Shown here: positions 15,185-28,201 of the stretch, one piece after another
Numbering within the stretch: position 1 is the first letter of the stretch
How the letters are laid out: every line of letters starts with the position of its first letter
Source: the human T2T-CHM13v2.0 reference genome, Homo sapiens
Reading direction: 5' to 3' (one strand)
NCBI RefSeq assembly: GCF_009914755.1
Contig: NC_060934.1
DNA length: 64,000 nucleotides
The notes under the pieces: model-generated
What the model saw: the letters and a program-made list of their open reading frames with translations, nothing else
Databases searched by the model: none
Told to the model about the DNA's origin: nothing
Translations under genes and position numbers: made by a program

Positions 15185-16750
15185 GTTATTTTTTCTCTGT
15201 CTGAAGGATTTCCTTTAACATTTCTTATCCTTTAATATTCTCATTTTGCCTTTATTTTTGAAAGATGTTTTCGTTGAGTAAATAATTCTAGGTTGACGGT
15301 GTTTTAAAATTGCTTTTAAGATGTTCTACTCTTTTCTGGCTTGCATTGTTTCTGATGAGAAATTGGCCATCAACATTGTCTTTGTTGCCTTGTAGATAAT
15401 GTGTATTTTTTTTCTCTAGCTGTTTTAAAGATTGTCTTTAACATTGGTTTTAAGCAATTTAGTGATATATGACAGCGTCTTTTTTTTTTTCATGTGTTCA
15501 GTGGAGTTCATTGAGCTTCTTGGATTTATAGCTTTATTGTTTTCATTAGATTTGGAATAATTTTAACCATTATTTATTCAAATATCCTTTCTGTTTCTCC
15601 TTCATTGGGAACTCCAATTACACATATATTCGACTGCTTGATGTTGTTCCACAGCTTATTGATGTTCTATTCAATTTTTTCCAGTATTTTAAAAATCACC
15701 ATTTAACTTTAGATAATTTCTGTTGCTATGACTGTAAATCCAATCTCACATTTTTTTCTCACATAGACTAATGTGCTATTAATACTTTCAGTGCTTTTTT
15801 ACCCCAAAGATGTAGTTTTCATCTTGAGAAGTTTAGTTGGGATCTTTTGAATATCTTAACACTTTTCAAATTTTTCTCTAGCTTTTTAAATACACAGTAA
15901 CCTTTTTTTAATGTTCTTTTCTGTTATTCTAACATGTAACAATTCTATGTTGGTTTCAGTTAATTGATTTTTCTTCTCATGGCCTGTATTTTCCTGTTTC
16001 TTTACATGTCTAGTAATTTTTGATTAGAGGCCAGACATTGTAATATTACCCTTTTTGGTCCAGATATTTTCGTACTCTTGAGCTTGTTAAGGGATACAGT
16101 TAAATCACTTGGAAAGAGTTTGACCCTTTTATGTCTGTCTTTCTGCTTTCTCAGGTAGGACCAGAGCAGCATTTAGTTCAGGGCTAGTTTTACCTCCTAC
16201 TGAGGCAAAAGCCTTCTAAGTTTTCTACCTGATATCCTGTTAATTATAAGGCTTTCTACTCTGACCATTGTGAACAGGAGGAGCTGTTCTAAAACTATGT
16301 GAGAGTTAGGATTATTTCCTATAATCCTTTCAGTTGGTTCTCTAGTAGTTTACTCATATGCATGGGTTGATCGGTACTCAGCTGCACACTCAAGGAGTAA
16401 GCCTGAACATCTCCAGAATTCTTTGTCCTTGCAGCTTTCACCTCTTTGCTATTCTGCCCTGCAAACTCTAGGCGTCTTGGTCTCTTTGGTTTCCAGGCCC
16501 AGTTCCTCTACTTAGAGAGACTTCTAGGTTCCACCTTGCTTCATGCTTTTCGCGTCACAATCTGTAAGTTCTCCTGGCAATAAGCTGGTTCAATTGTATG
16601 ATTATTTTATTTGTTTCCCCCCAGGAATCGGCATGCTTTGTTGCTTGTTCGGTGTAAAACCACTCTTAAATTTATGTTTTCCATTTTTGAGTTGTTTTCA
16701 AATGTGAGGGTAAATCAGGTCCCATTTTCTCTATCTTGGCTGGCAGAGTA
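15185..16750 (-). mobile_element. Ancient L1M 5' end / ORF1 region
   Basis: tttttgaaagat...attctaggttgac...cttctggcttgcattgtttctgatgagaa...gagcttcttggat...gggaactccaattacac typical of reverse L1M ORF1. Confidence 0.75.
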
Positions 16751-16799
16751 TGTCTCTTGCCTATGAGATCTTAATCTTAACTCTAAGCAACATTCTTAG

Positions 16800-17174
16800 T
16801 TTCTTAGTTCACAGGTGCTGCTGTAACAAAAATTCCCTAGATTGGGCAGTTTATAAACAACAGAAAATTATTTCTCACGGTTCTGGAGCCTGGGAAGTCC
16901 AAGATCAAGGTGCTAACAGTATAGGTGTCTAATGAGGACCTGTTCCTCATAGATGATGCCTTCTAGCTGCATCCTCACATAATGGAAAGGGCAAGGCATT
17001 TACCTGGGTTCTCTTTTATAAGGTCACTGATCACATTTATGAGGGCTCTTTCCTTACACTTTAATCACCTCCCAAAGTTCCACCTCCTAATACAATCACC
17101 TTGAGAGTATGTTTCAAAAATGAATTTTGAGATGATACAAATATTCAAACCATACAAATATTCAAACCATAGCA
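16800..17174 (-). mobile_element. MaLR solo LTR (MLT1A-like)
   Basis: gctgctgtaacaaaa...atttctcacggttctggagcctgggaagtccaagatcaagg...cacctcctaatac...caaaccatagca; internal 17-bp duplication atacaaatattcaaacc. Confidence 0.88.
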
Positions 17175-17449
17175 CTTAGGATTGCCTTTTGTGGTACTTG
17201 TTGCTGTTGCTAACTTCATGATGTGTTTTAATTAATAACCACCCCCCCAGGACTTTTACTTTCATAATTGAGCCCCGAAAAATAATGTATTTATATATAT
17301 TTAGGAGATTTATAATGACTTATCTGAGAGTCTGTAAAATATAGCAGAAATCTCAGTGTTCAGTCACAATGCTGAGAAATACTAAAATTAAAGTTGTAAA
17401 GGATTTACAGAACTGAAAAATGGTAGCATGCTTACTCACTTTTTGCATG

Positions 17450-20400
17450 CTAAATTTATTTCTAGGCATTTGTGTTTTTTTTTTGGTAAGTAGATATTGT
17501 AAATGAGATTGCTTTCTTGAATTGTTTTTCAGCTCTTTCATTATTGCTTTATAGAAATGCTACCAAATTTTGTATTTTGATTTTGTGTCCTACACCTTTA
17601 TTAAATTCATTTATCAGTTCTAAGAATTGGTGGAGACTTTAGGTTTTTCTGTATATAAGATTATATTGTCTGCAAACAGAAACAGTTTGATTACCTTGTT
17701 TCCAGTTTGGATGCTCTTTCTGTTCCTTAATTGTTCTGGCTAAGCCTTCCAGTACTATGTTGAATGTGAGTGGTAAAAGTGGATATCCTTTTCTTGTTCC
17801 AATTCTTAGAGGAAAGCCTTTCACATTTCCCTTGTTCAGTATGGCGTCAGCTATGGGGTTGTCATGTATGGCCTTTATTGTGTTGAGGTACATTCCTTCT
17901 ATGTGTAATTTGTTGAGAATTTTTATCATGAAGGGATGTCGAATTTTATCAAATGCTTTTTCTGTGTTTATAGAAATAATCATTTAGGTTTTGTTCATTT
18001 TGTGATATATCATGTTTATTGATTTGCATGTATTCCTGGGATAAAGCCCACCTGATCATGTTGTGTAATTTTTTGATGTGTTGTTGGATTTGGTTTGCTA
18101 GTGTTTTGTTGAGGATTTTTGCATCTAGGTTTATCAGGGGTTTTGGCTTGCAGTATTCTTTTTTTTTTTGCAGTGTCTTTGTCTCGCTTTGGTATTAGGG
18201 TAATGCTGGCCTCATAGAATGAGTTAGGAAGAATTACCTCCTCTTCAATTTTTTGGAGTGATTTGAGAAGAATAAATGTGAGTTTTTTTATAAGTTTGGT
18301 AGAATTTAGCAGGAAAGTCATCCATTCTTGAGCTTTTCTTTGTTAGGAGACTTTATTACTGACTCAATCTCCTTACTCATTATTAGTTTGTTTAAGTTTT
18401 CTATTTCTTCCTGGTTCAATCTTGATAGGTTGTATGTGTCAAGGGATTTATTCATTTCCTCTAGGTTTTCTAGTTTGTTAACATAAAGTTGTTCATAACA
18501 AGCGCTGATCTTTTGTATTTCTGTGGTATCAATTGTAATGTCTTCCTCTTTTATTTCTGATTTTGTTTATTCGGGTATTCTCTCTTTCTCCTGGTTAGTC
18601 TATCTAGTGGTTTATTGATTCTGTTTATCTCTTCAAACAACTGTATTTCGATTTCATTGATCTTTTGTATTTTTTTAGTCTCTATTTTGTTTATTTATGC
18701 TGTGATCTTTAAATTTGTTTTTCTTTTACCGACTTTGGTAGAAGGAAAGATTTGCTTTTGCTTTTTAAATTCCTTGAGGTTGTTCATTTCAGGTCTTGCC
18801 ACTGTTTTGATGTAGGTGTTTATTGCTGTAAACTGTTTTCTTAGTTCAGCTTTTGCTGTATCCCATAGATTTTGGTATGTTGTGTTTGTATTTTAGTTTA
18901 ATAATTTTTTTTGTTTTCTTCTTAATTTTTCTTCATCACTCTACTGGACTCTACTGGTGTTCAGGAACATATTTTCATTTCCATTTATTTGTACAGTTTC
19001 CAAAGTTCTTATTTATTCCTAGTTTTATTCTATTGTGATATGATTTCAATTTTTAAAAATAGGTTGAGGCTTGTTTTTGGGTTATTATCTGGTCTATCCT
19101 GGAGAATTCTCCATGTGCTCATAAGAATGTGTATACAGTAGCTGTTGGATGAAATGTTCTGTAAATGTCTGTCAGGTCCATTTGGTCTGTGATGCAATTT
19201 GAGACTGATTTTTGTTGCTGTTGATTTTTCTATCTAGATGACCTGTTCAATATTGACAGTAGAGTGTTGAAGTCCTCAACTATTATTGTATTGGGGCCTG
19301 TCTCTCCCTTTTAATATAATAATATTTAGATCTATTAATTCATGCTTATGTATCTGGGTTTTCCAGTGCTGGGTGCATATATTTACAATAATTATATTTT
19401 CTGGCTGAATTGATCTCTTTATCATTATATAATGACTTTTTTTCTCTTTTTATAGTTTTTGACTTAAAAATTCATTTTATCTAATATAAATATAGCTACT
19501 CCCATTTAGTTTTGGTTTCTCTTTGTGTAGAATATTCTTGTTCATCCCTTCATGTTCAGTCTGTGTGTTCTTTATAGGTGAAATGAGTTTCTTATATGCA
19601 TATAACTGGGTCTTGTTTCTTTTTTTAAAAAAATCTATTCAGCAACTCTATATCTTTTATTGGAGAATTGAAACCAACCATTTATATTCAGGATTACTAT
19701 TGATAGGTGAGAGCACACTCCTGTTATTTTGTTGTTTTCTGGTTGTTTTGTGTATCATTTGTTCTTTTCTTCCTCTCTTATTGTTTATCTTTGGTGGTTT
19801 TCTGTAGTGATAGGGTTTGATTCCTTTCTCATCCTTGTGTATCTGCTCTGTCAGTTAATTTTATACTTTCATATGCTTTCATGATGTTAAATTTTGTCCT
19901 TTTACTTCCAGATGTAAGACTCCCATAAGCCTTTCTTATAAGGTTGCTCTAGTGGTAATGGATTTCTTCAGTTTTTACTTGTCTAGAAAAGACTTTATTT
20001 CTTCATTTCTGAAGAATATTTTTGCTGGGTACAGTATTCTTTGCTGGCAGTTTTCTTTCAGCATTTTGAATATATAATACCATTTTCTTTTTGCTGGTAG
20101 CATTTCTGCTGATAAATTTGCTGTTAGTATGATGGGGAGTCCCTTTTTACTTCATGCTTTTCTCTTGCTGTTTTGAAAATTCTCTCTTTGTTTTTGACTT
20201 TTGACAGTTTTCAGTAATGTGCCTTGGAGAGAACTTTTTTGAATTAAATTTACTTAAGGATTTTTGAGCTATCGTATCTTTTCCATGACTTGGGATATTT
20301 TCAGCTAGTATTTCATTAAATATATTTTCAATACCTTTTTCCATCTCTTTGTTGAATTCCTATAATGCGAAAATATGTTCACTTATTTGTGTTCCATTGT

Positions 20401-21815
20401 CTTATTGGCTTTCTCCATTCATTTTTATTGTTTTTTCTTTTTATTTTGTTTGACTTGACTATTTCAAAAGACCCATTTTTATCTTTAGAAATTCTTCCTA
20501 GAAAAATCAGTCTCTTCTGCTTGATCTAGTCTATTGTTGAAGCTCTTAATTTTGTTTTCTTATTTCATTCATTGAATTCTTTACCTCAATATTTCTGTTT
20601 TGTTCTTTTTTATATCTATTTGTGTTGAATTTCTCATTTAGATCATGAATTGTTTTTGTTTTCATTGAATTCTCAGTCTGTATTCTCTTGTATCTTGCTG
20701 AGTTTTCTTAGGATCATCATTTTGAATTCCTTTTCAGGCACTTTATAAATTTCCTTTTTTGGTGTCAGTTACTGGAGAATAGTTTTCCTTTGGAGGTGTC
20801 ATATTCCTTGCTTTTCACTTCTCTTGTGGTCTTACATTGATATCTGTGCTCACTGCTTCTGATTTTATGTAGTTTTTGTAAGGATAATTTTTTTTTTTCT
20901 GTTTATGTGTCTTGTAGTGCTGGTTTGGTAGAGTGTTTTCATTTTAGTTCTGGATTGGAACAGTATTGTCTTCTTGTGCTTTCTTTGGCGTATTCAGTGT
21001 CAGCTGTGTCTGCAAGTGCCTCAGTGGCCTGGGCTGTGGGTGTTTCTGTAGGCAGTGGCACAGCTTTTTTGGTGTGGGGCCTGCCAGGCAGGCTGACTCT
21101 CAGGTCCTTGGGAGCGTATAGGGGCTCCCTTGGTCTTGAGGGTAGTCTCCTCTCTATGCTGGGCCACTGCTTCTTGGTATACAGGTTGCTGTATGGGCTT
21201 GCATGCCTGAGTCATTGCCGTACCACTGGGTTCAGGGTGGCATCATTGTGCTGCAGCCTTCTCTGTAGGCATGGTGAGATAGTGGAGGGGTCACAGGGAT
21301 ATGGAATTGCAGGGATATTAGGCCCCAGGGAAAGATGCACTCTGGTAGTAGCTCCTCTCTCAATATGGCTCTGTGCCGCAGCAGCCTGGGTCCTGGGGGT
21401 TGCGGGGGAGACCCAGCATGAGTTTTCTCTGGGGAGCAGTGCAGCCATGTTAACTTTAGGCAGCTCCCTGTACCCTGACTAAAGTGTACTCCGCTTAGTC
21501 CTCTGTGAGGACTGTGGGGCTTTCCTATAGCAAGCATTGCAGGCATCCATGGTGGCAACGGAGGCTACCTCTTACCTTTTCTCCACAATGGAGAGTTCCT
21601 CTTGGTTCAAGCCAATCCTTGCTGGATGCTTTACTTCCTTCTCTGTGATACTATCCTGAGTTTTTGTGTCCAGAGGCTTTTTGCCACTTCCTTGCTAACT
21701 TGCAGTGTTCTCTCTTAGACATTCTACTCAAAGTGCAGTTATCTCTTTGTTGTTTTGGTTCTTTGTGGAAGAGGCTAGCACTGGACACCTCCACTCAGCC
21801 ATTGATGATGACATG
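17450..21815 (-). mobile_element. L1MA-era LINE-1: 5' UTR, ORF1, endonuclease and part of RT; 3' half missing
   Basis: ORF 17639-17983 ([20 protein letters not shown]...FPLRIGTRKGYPLLPLTFNIVLE) is L1 RT; 18016-18321 ([15 protein letters not shown]); 20147-20344 is ORF1-like (IENIFNEILAENIP); GC-richer 5' UTR at 20900-21815. Confidence 0.9.
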
Positions 21816-22554
21816 TTCTTTGCTTTTGACTACATGTACTTTGAAAATCAGAGACAAAGGGGTGTTTTAAAGTTTTCCTTTCATGTCTCTTAGCAACAGC
21901 AAATAAATTTTCTTTGGATTGCAATTTTATAAGTGATAAAAATGTTTAGCAATATGATGGGGTGATTGAAATTTCTTGATAAAAGTTGCCAGTTTTTCTA
22001 ATGTTTGCCGTGAAAAGTAGATTGCATATTTGAGTACTCAAACACATATATTTAATTGCTGATAGTATCCTATGCCACATTTTATTTTGTACGGCTCTTT
22101 CTTTTGTCTTTCAAGTAGAAAAATAAAAGTCTTGTGATATTTTGTGATAAATATGTGACCAAAGTTGAAGGAGAGTGAAAGCTGAACACTATATTTTAAG
22201 CTAATCTTAATTTAAAATATTTTTTGTTTTAACTTTATATTTTTGTTATAAATTTACATACAACATAGTAATTTTGAGTATTGTTTTGGTCACTCTTCTT
22301 TTTCCTTTTCTTTTTCTTGACTGTTTAAAAAATTAAATGGTTTTGAAGGAAAGTCACAGAATGCTTTGCTCTCATTTATTGTTTATTTTCCATGGCTATA
22401 AATCAAGTCCATAAATGAGAAAATGGTTTTGGCTTTTTCAGTGAGGCTTGAAGTGCTTGCTGATCATGGTGTCTGAACCAGTGGGGCTGTCCTTGGCTTT
22501 ACAGGTGGCAGGCAGTTAATATTGATCATCTCAAATATCAGCAGTATATCTGGC

Positions 22555-22595
22555 ATTTTATGGATGAAGAACCTATTTTATGGATGAAGAACCTA
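22555..22595. repeat. Perfect 20-bp tandem duplication
   Basis: attttatggatgaagaacct x2. Confidence 0.9.
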
Positions 22596-23954
22596 ATATT
22601 CAGTGAGATCACTGTAAGCTGCTCCTTGTCACTCAGTGAGCAAGAGGTTGATTTTTTGAACTTCATGACAACTATGACATTATGCTGTTTTCTACCTTTT
22701 CCCCTTGGACATGGGTAGAGACAACTATTACCTGTTCAATTGCCCCTTGTTCATTGTTATGGAGGTCAGTGTACCATCATCCAGAGGAATCACTGGCCTT
22801 TCAATTACAGTCCCAAACTAGTCTGTTGGGATGTCCCACAGCTTTATAAAAAGAGGCTATGAAACCCATTTGATATGAATTTGGTAAATATGGTTATAAA
22901 TGGTTCTGGCTATTTATTTGAGAAAAATCTACAAAATGGGACACTTTTAGGAATAATCCCTTTTTTATTTATTTTGGCAATAAGTTAAAAATATGAAATA
23001 ATATACTTTTAGGCATAATTTTGTCCTTTTCATTTTATATAATATTGGTATTAAAGAGGAATAGGAAAGAAGGAATTACTCAAGAATATGACGTCCCTTT
23101 TTTTAAAATTATTTGATTTACCTATTTACATTTTTTGCTTCAACTTACCTAGCCATCAGAGAAACTTTTATTGTAAGCCAAATCTTCCAACACTTCACAC
23201 TCACTGATTCATCTCCTGGGTATCATGTGAATATTCTGACCATTTATATCAGTGAAAAAATTTGTATGTTTGCAAATTGATAGAGATGCATTTCATATTT
23301 AGGATTTTATTAGCTTTTATGCTTCATCTATGCTATTTAAGCAGGTAGGCACATGTGAAAAACTGATATCAATTAGCCATTACATAATTATTTTGCATCT
23401 GTTATGTCCATGTGCCTAGGAACACAGTGTGAATAAGCCAGGCCTAGACCCTCATCTCTAAAGACTTGCAGTCAAGGAATTGCAGGAGCTTTTGGAATGT
23501 TGAACAGATGCTGAGCAGAGCCTCTTTTCATCCTGTCCTCAGAGGAGCTGGTCAGTCAAATCTGCCAAAATTCTCTGCCTCTGTGTAGCCTATTCCTTGG
23601 GGGTTTAGGAAAGAGGGCAATAATCCTCTGAGTCAGAGAGCAGACCATCTCTCATCCTTCACAGCAGCTGGATGCTACTGTCTCCCCTTGCCCCCCCGAT
23701 GTATGCCCTGGGCGGACAGTACTAAATATAATGGAAAACCAAAATACTTAACTGGAAACCTTTATCATATTAATTAGATCTCTCTTTGCTTCAGGCTGTA
23801 AAACTGATTAGTGTTCTCAAAGTCCCTGAGAAGACTTTGCTATCTTCTTTGACTGATCTATGAAGGAAGGGGTAGAAGACTGGTTGCAGGGTAAGGCTGG
23901 CCCAGTCTAGGGAAAATCTTTTTTGTTTTTTTTGAAAGGTCAATATATTTTTTA

Positions 23955-24918
23955 AAAATCCTTTATTTCCATAGGTTTTTGGGGAACAGGTGGTGTTTGG
24001 TTACATGCATAAGTTCTTTAGTGGTGATTTCTGAAATGTTGGTACACCTTACCCAAGCACTGCACACTGTACCCAATTTCTAGTCTTTTATCCCTCAGCC
24101 CCATCCCACCTTTTCCCCTGAGTCCCTATAGTCCATTGTATCATTCTTATGCCTTTGCATCCTCATACGATGTTTGGTTTTCCATTCCTGAGTTACTTCA
24201 CTTAGAATAATGATTTCCAATTTTATCCAGGTTGCTGCAAATGCCATTTTTTCATTCCTTTTTATGGCTGAATACTAATTCAATGATGTGTGTGTGTGTG
24301 TATATATACATATACACACGTGTGTATATGTGTGTATACACATGTACACACTTGCATATGTGTATATCTATACATGTACACACGTGCATATACATACGTG
24401 CATATGTATATATGTATAGATACAAACGTACACACACACCACATGGTGTGTATATATATATTCAATTATATATATACATACACATATATATATACACACA
24501 CATATATGTACACCACGATTTCTTTATCCAGTCATTGATTGATGGGCATTTAGGCTAGTTTCATATTTTTGCAATTGTGAATTTTGCTACTATAAACATG
24601 CATGTGCAAGTATCCTTTTTGTATAATGACTTCTTTTTCCTCTGGGTACATACCCAATAGTAGGATCGCTGGATCAAATGGTAGTTCTACTTTTAGGTCT
24701 TTAAGGAAACCACACTGTTTTCCACAGTGGTTGTGCTAGTTTAAATTCCCATCAGCAGTGTAAAAGTGTTCTCTTTTCACCGTATCCCCATCATCATCTA
24801 TTATTTTTTGATTTTTTTGACTATGGCCATTTTTGCAGGAGTAAGGTTGTATCGCATCATGGTTTTGATTTGCATTTCCCTGATCATCAGCAATGTTGAG
24901 CATTTTTTCATATGTTTG
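23955..24918 (-). mobile_element. L1PB-type LINE-1 3' end
   Basis: tttatttccataggtttttggggaacaggtggtgtttggttacatg...gttctttagtggtgattt is the L1PB 3' terminus. Confidence 0.88.
24286..24512. repeat. Compound (TG/TA/CA)n low-complexity tract inside L1PB
   Basis: About 225 bp of alternating purine-pyrimidine sequence. Confidence 0.9.
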
Positions 24919-25528
24919 TACCCCTTATCTTCTGATGTGTTTGTGAGAAAGGCCCTTACTTGGAATGTGTGTGCATTCTTCTGTTATTCACGATTTCAGC
25001 AAGCTTGCTTACCTGGTGTTTAAGTCCACAGCTAACCAGAAGTGACACAGTAGAGGCTTGGAGAAGGGATATTTAGGCCACTTACTCTCTGACATTATAA
25101 GTATACAGCACAGTTGAAACCTGATGGGAGAATAATAAAAAGGTGTAAAAACCTGAAAACTGATTGTACTCTGGTAATAGGAGGTAGAGAGGCAGCGGCA
25201 GCTGTGCACCTCTTTGGAGGCCTGCAGAATCATAATTCACGTGCATAGTGGTGGGTTAGGCCATGTCTCTTGTGCCTTAGGAAAGGTGGGGAAAAAGTGT
25301 TTTAAAATGTCACAGAAAGCTTTCTATGCTTAATGGTTTACTTACATTTTGTTGTTGTTTTGCTTAAGGGTATAAACTTTAGTTTTTTATGGTGGACTAT
25401 TCCCAGACCTGAGGTTTTAGTGTACATGTCATTAATCAGCCTCTCCCATAAGCTCTCAAAAATTATTTGGATGATTTTTTCTCCCTTTAGGAAAGTTATG
25501 AAGAGAAAGAAAAGACAGTGATTTGTCA

Positions 25529-25730
25529 TCTTTTAGGGGAGATATATATATATGTGTGTGTCTTTTAGGGGATATATATATGTCTTTTAGGGGATATGTA
25601 TATGTGTTCTAGGAGATAAATACATGTATGTCTTTTGGGGTGTATGTATATGTATCTTTTAGGGTATATATATATATCTCTTTTAGGGGATATATATATC
25701 CCCTAAAATTATATATAAAATATATAATTT
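25529..25730. repeat. Minisatellite of ~7 TCTTTTAGGGG(AT)n units ending in a 28-bp perfect palindrome
   Basis: Units start near 25529, 25561, 25583, 25607, 25631, 25655 and 25679; palindrome ttttaggggatatatatatcccctaaaa at 25681-25708. Confidence 0.9.
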
Positions 25731-26204
25731 CCCATCCCCCAATTGGCTTATTTGACTTTAATGTTTCAGCATACTTTTTTGAGCCTCTGCTGAATGCTGT
25801 GCCTGTAATTGCATAGCTAAGACCTTAGACAGCCACTGTCAGTTTAAAGTCAATACTTAAATACTTATAGTTAATAGATTACTTATAATATAGCATTTAT
25901 AAAGTTCCTGCTATCTAGAGACTCCCTGATCAATTGTGCTTGGAAGTGTGAATACCCAGGGAAGGCAGTGACGTCATCTGATTCTCAAGTAAGTGTCTTA
26001 AGGGACTTACTTACCTAGGGACCTGTAAGTGCAGAGGCTTCAATGTTGGAAAGGGCATGGTATATTTGGAGAAGACTGGGAGGTTTATGTGATCAAAATG
26101 CTCAGGGGACAATGGGGAGGGAATCAGAAAGAAAAAACAGTTAAAATCTTCTCTCCTGGAGTGATCATTTTGCAGTCAGTGGCATTCTACTCCCAACAAC
26201 TTTC

Positions 26205-26355
26205 TGGCTATCTGAGTTTAGGTAGTTTACCTTGATTTCCTCATCTGTACAGTCAGTGGTGCTAACAGTGAGACTCCAGTCTCTAGGAGAGCTTTTCTAA
26301 GGACTAGATGAGGAGATACAGAGGTCTTGAGCACACTGCCTGAAATTAAGTGCTC
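26205..26355 (+). mobile_element. MIR SINE fragment
   Basis: tttcctcatctgtac...aaggactagatgag...cttgagcacactgcctga...aagtgctc. Confidence 0.6.
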
Positions 26356-27536
26356 TCTACAGGTTATTCTCTCCTTTTTCTCGTTCTGCTCAGGACCCCT
26401 GGTGACATCCTTGTTACTTTCATCCTGACTGACAGATGCCGAGTAGAGCCCTAGGATTTGATACGAAAGGGCTGGCTTGGGAATGCCTTTAAGTAAGCAA
26501 CATTTGGTTTGCTCCTTCAGAGAGTTCTCCTTGAGATCACCACACTCTAAACCTGGGTCACATTTGTTCCAAGGCCTTCTAAAGCTAATTCTGTATTATG
26601 TAGCACTTATTTTAATGTTCCAGTGGGTTATCTGTTCACCTCAAAGATTAAACTGAGAACTCCTTCTGGCAAGAATGAAAGGAAAGGAAGAGGGGTTGTT
26701 GGCCAGCAAAAACAGAATAGAAGAGAAACTAGTGCCCAGAACGCCCACATCAGCACACCACATCCACTCCAAGGAGGCTTTTCAACCCCAAACATCCAGC
26801 CAGGGTTTTTAGGTAAGGATTGGTCTTTGTGTTCAGTGTTTGTCTTGGACATCTTCACATTTTTTCCTACTCCTGTGCTCCACTCCCTTCTCCCCCTTGC
26901 CTTCCCTCAACTCAGTGGGTTATTGGAAGAAAGAAGGCAAGAATCACATCTGAACACCTTTTGTAAGAACGACATGATATTACCAAGGCCTCTTTAAGGA
27001 AGGGGAATTTGGCCTCAAAGCCAACTGGCCTCTTGGCTTGCCATGGAGTGGGTTTGGAAGCAGCTACTGCTCAGGCTTTCCCTCCTTTACCTTTTGTGTT
27101 CCTAAGGAAAGATTTTTGTAAAAAGACAAATGAAGACATTCTACTTCTTGGGGTTATTCCTAAGAATTTTCAGCTTGGGCCCTTTTAATTTTTCCCTTCT
27201 CTAAATAACAAAGGTAGGGAAATGAACCTGGACAGGTTTGATAAAAGTACACTAGAAATGCTGTTCGTGTATGTTTAAAAGTTACATTGAAAGGGAGAAA
27301 ACAGCACTTCAAGTTAAGTAAGTTACATGTAGAATGCAGTCTTTACATCTAATAATATTCATTTGGAGATGGTATGACTCAATGTTCGTCTACAGTTTCC
27401 TGGAAGTTCTTCAATCTCAAACCTCTTTAAATTATACAGTGTTGCATTTTTCTTCTTGTTGCAGTTCACCTCATCACAAGGAATATATGTACATGCCACA
27501 ATACTTAAACATGCAATTAAAATGGAATGTCTTTTT

Positions 27537-28201
27537 AAAAAGTATACTTTAAGTTCTGAGATACATGTGCAGAATGTGCAGGTTTGTTACTTAGGTATAC
27601 ACATGACATGGTGGTTCGCTGCACCCATCAGCCCATCATCTACATTAGGTATTTCTCCTAATGCTATCCCTCCCCTAGGCTCCCACCCCCTGGCAGGTCC
27701 CAGTGTGTGATGTTCCCCTCCCTGTATCCATGTGTTCTTGTTGTTCACCTCCCACTTACGAGTGAGAACACGTGGTGTTCGGTTTTCTGTTCCTGTGTTA
27801 GGTTGCTGAGAATGATCGTTTCCAGCTTCTTCTATGTCCCTGCAAAGGACATGAACTTATCCTTTTATATGGCTGCATAGTATTCCACGGTGTATATGTG
27901 TCACATTTTCTTCATCCAGTCTGTCATTGGTGGACATTTGGGTTGGTTCCAAGTCTTTGCTATTGTGAATAGTGTTACAGTAAACATATGTGTGCATGTG
28001 TCTTTATAGTAGAATGATTTATAATCCTTTGAATATATACCCAGTAATGGAATTGCTGGGTCAAATGGTATTTCTGGTTCTAGATCCTTGAGGAATTGCC
28101 ACACTGTCTTCCACAATGGTTGAACTAATTTACACTCCCAACAACAGTGTAAAAACATTTCTATTTTTCCACATTCTCTCCATCATCTGTTGTTTCCTGA
28201 C
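27537..28201 (-). mobile_element. L1PA (about L1PA7) 3' end, 5'-truncated
   Basis: tatactttaagttctgagatacatgtgcagaatgtgcagg...cattaggtatttctcctaatgctatccctcccc; ORF 27901-28158 is the L1 ORF2 C-terminus; probable TSD ggaatgt(c)tttt. Confidence 0.92.

Noticed and set aside
20907-21558. Overlapping ORFs up to 191 aa
   Set aside because: They lie in the GC-richer 5' UTR of an old L1, where stop codons are naturally rarer; no recognisable protein
25529-25708. Interstitial telomere or CRISPR-like repeat-spacer array
   Set aside because: Units are not tandem TTAGGG hexamers, spacers are simple TA/TG runs rather than unique sequence, and the DNA is primate with no cas genes
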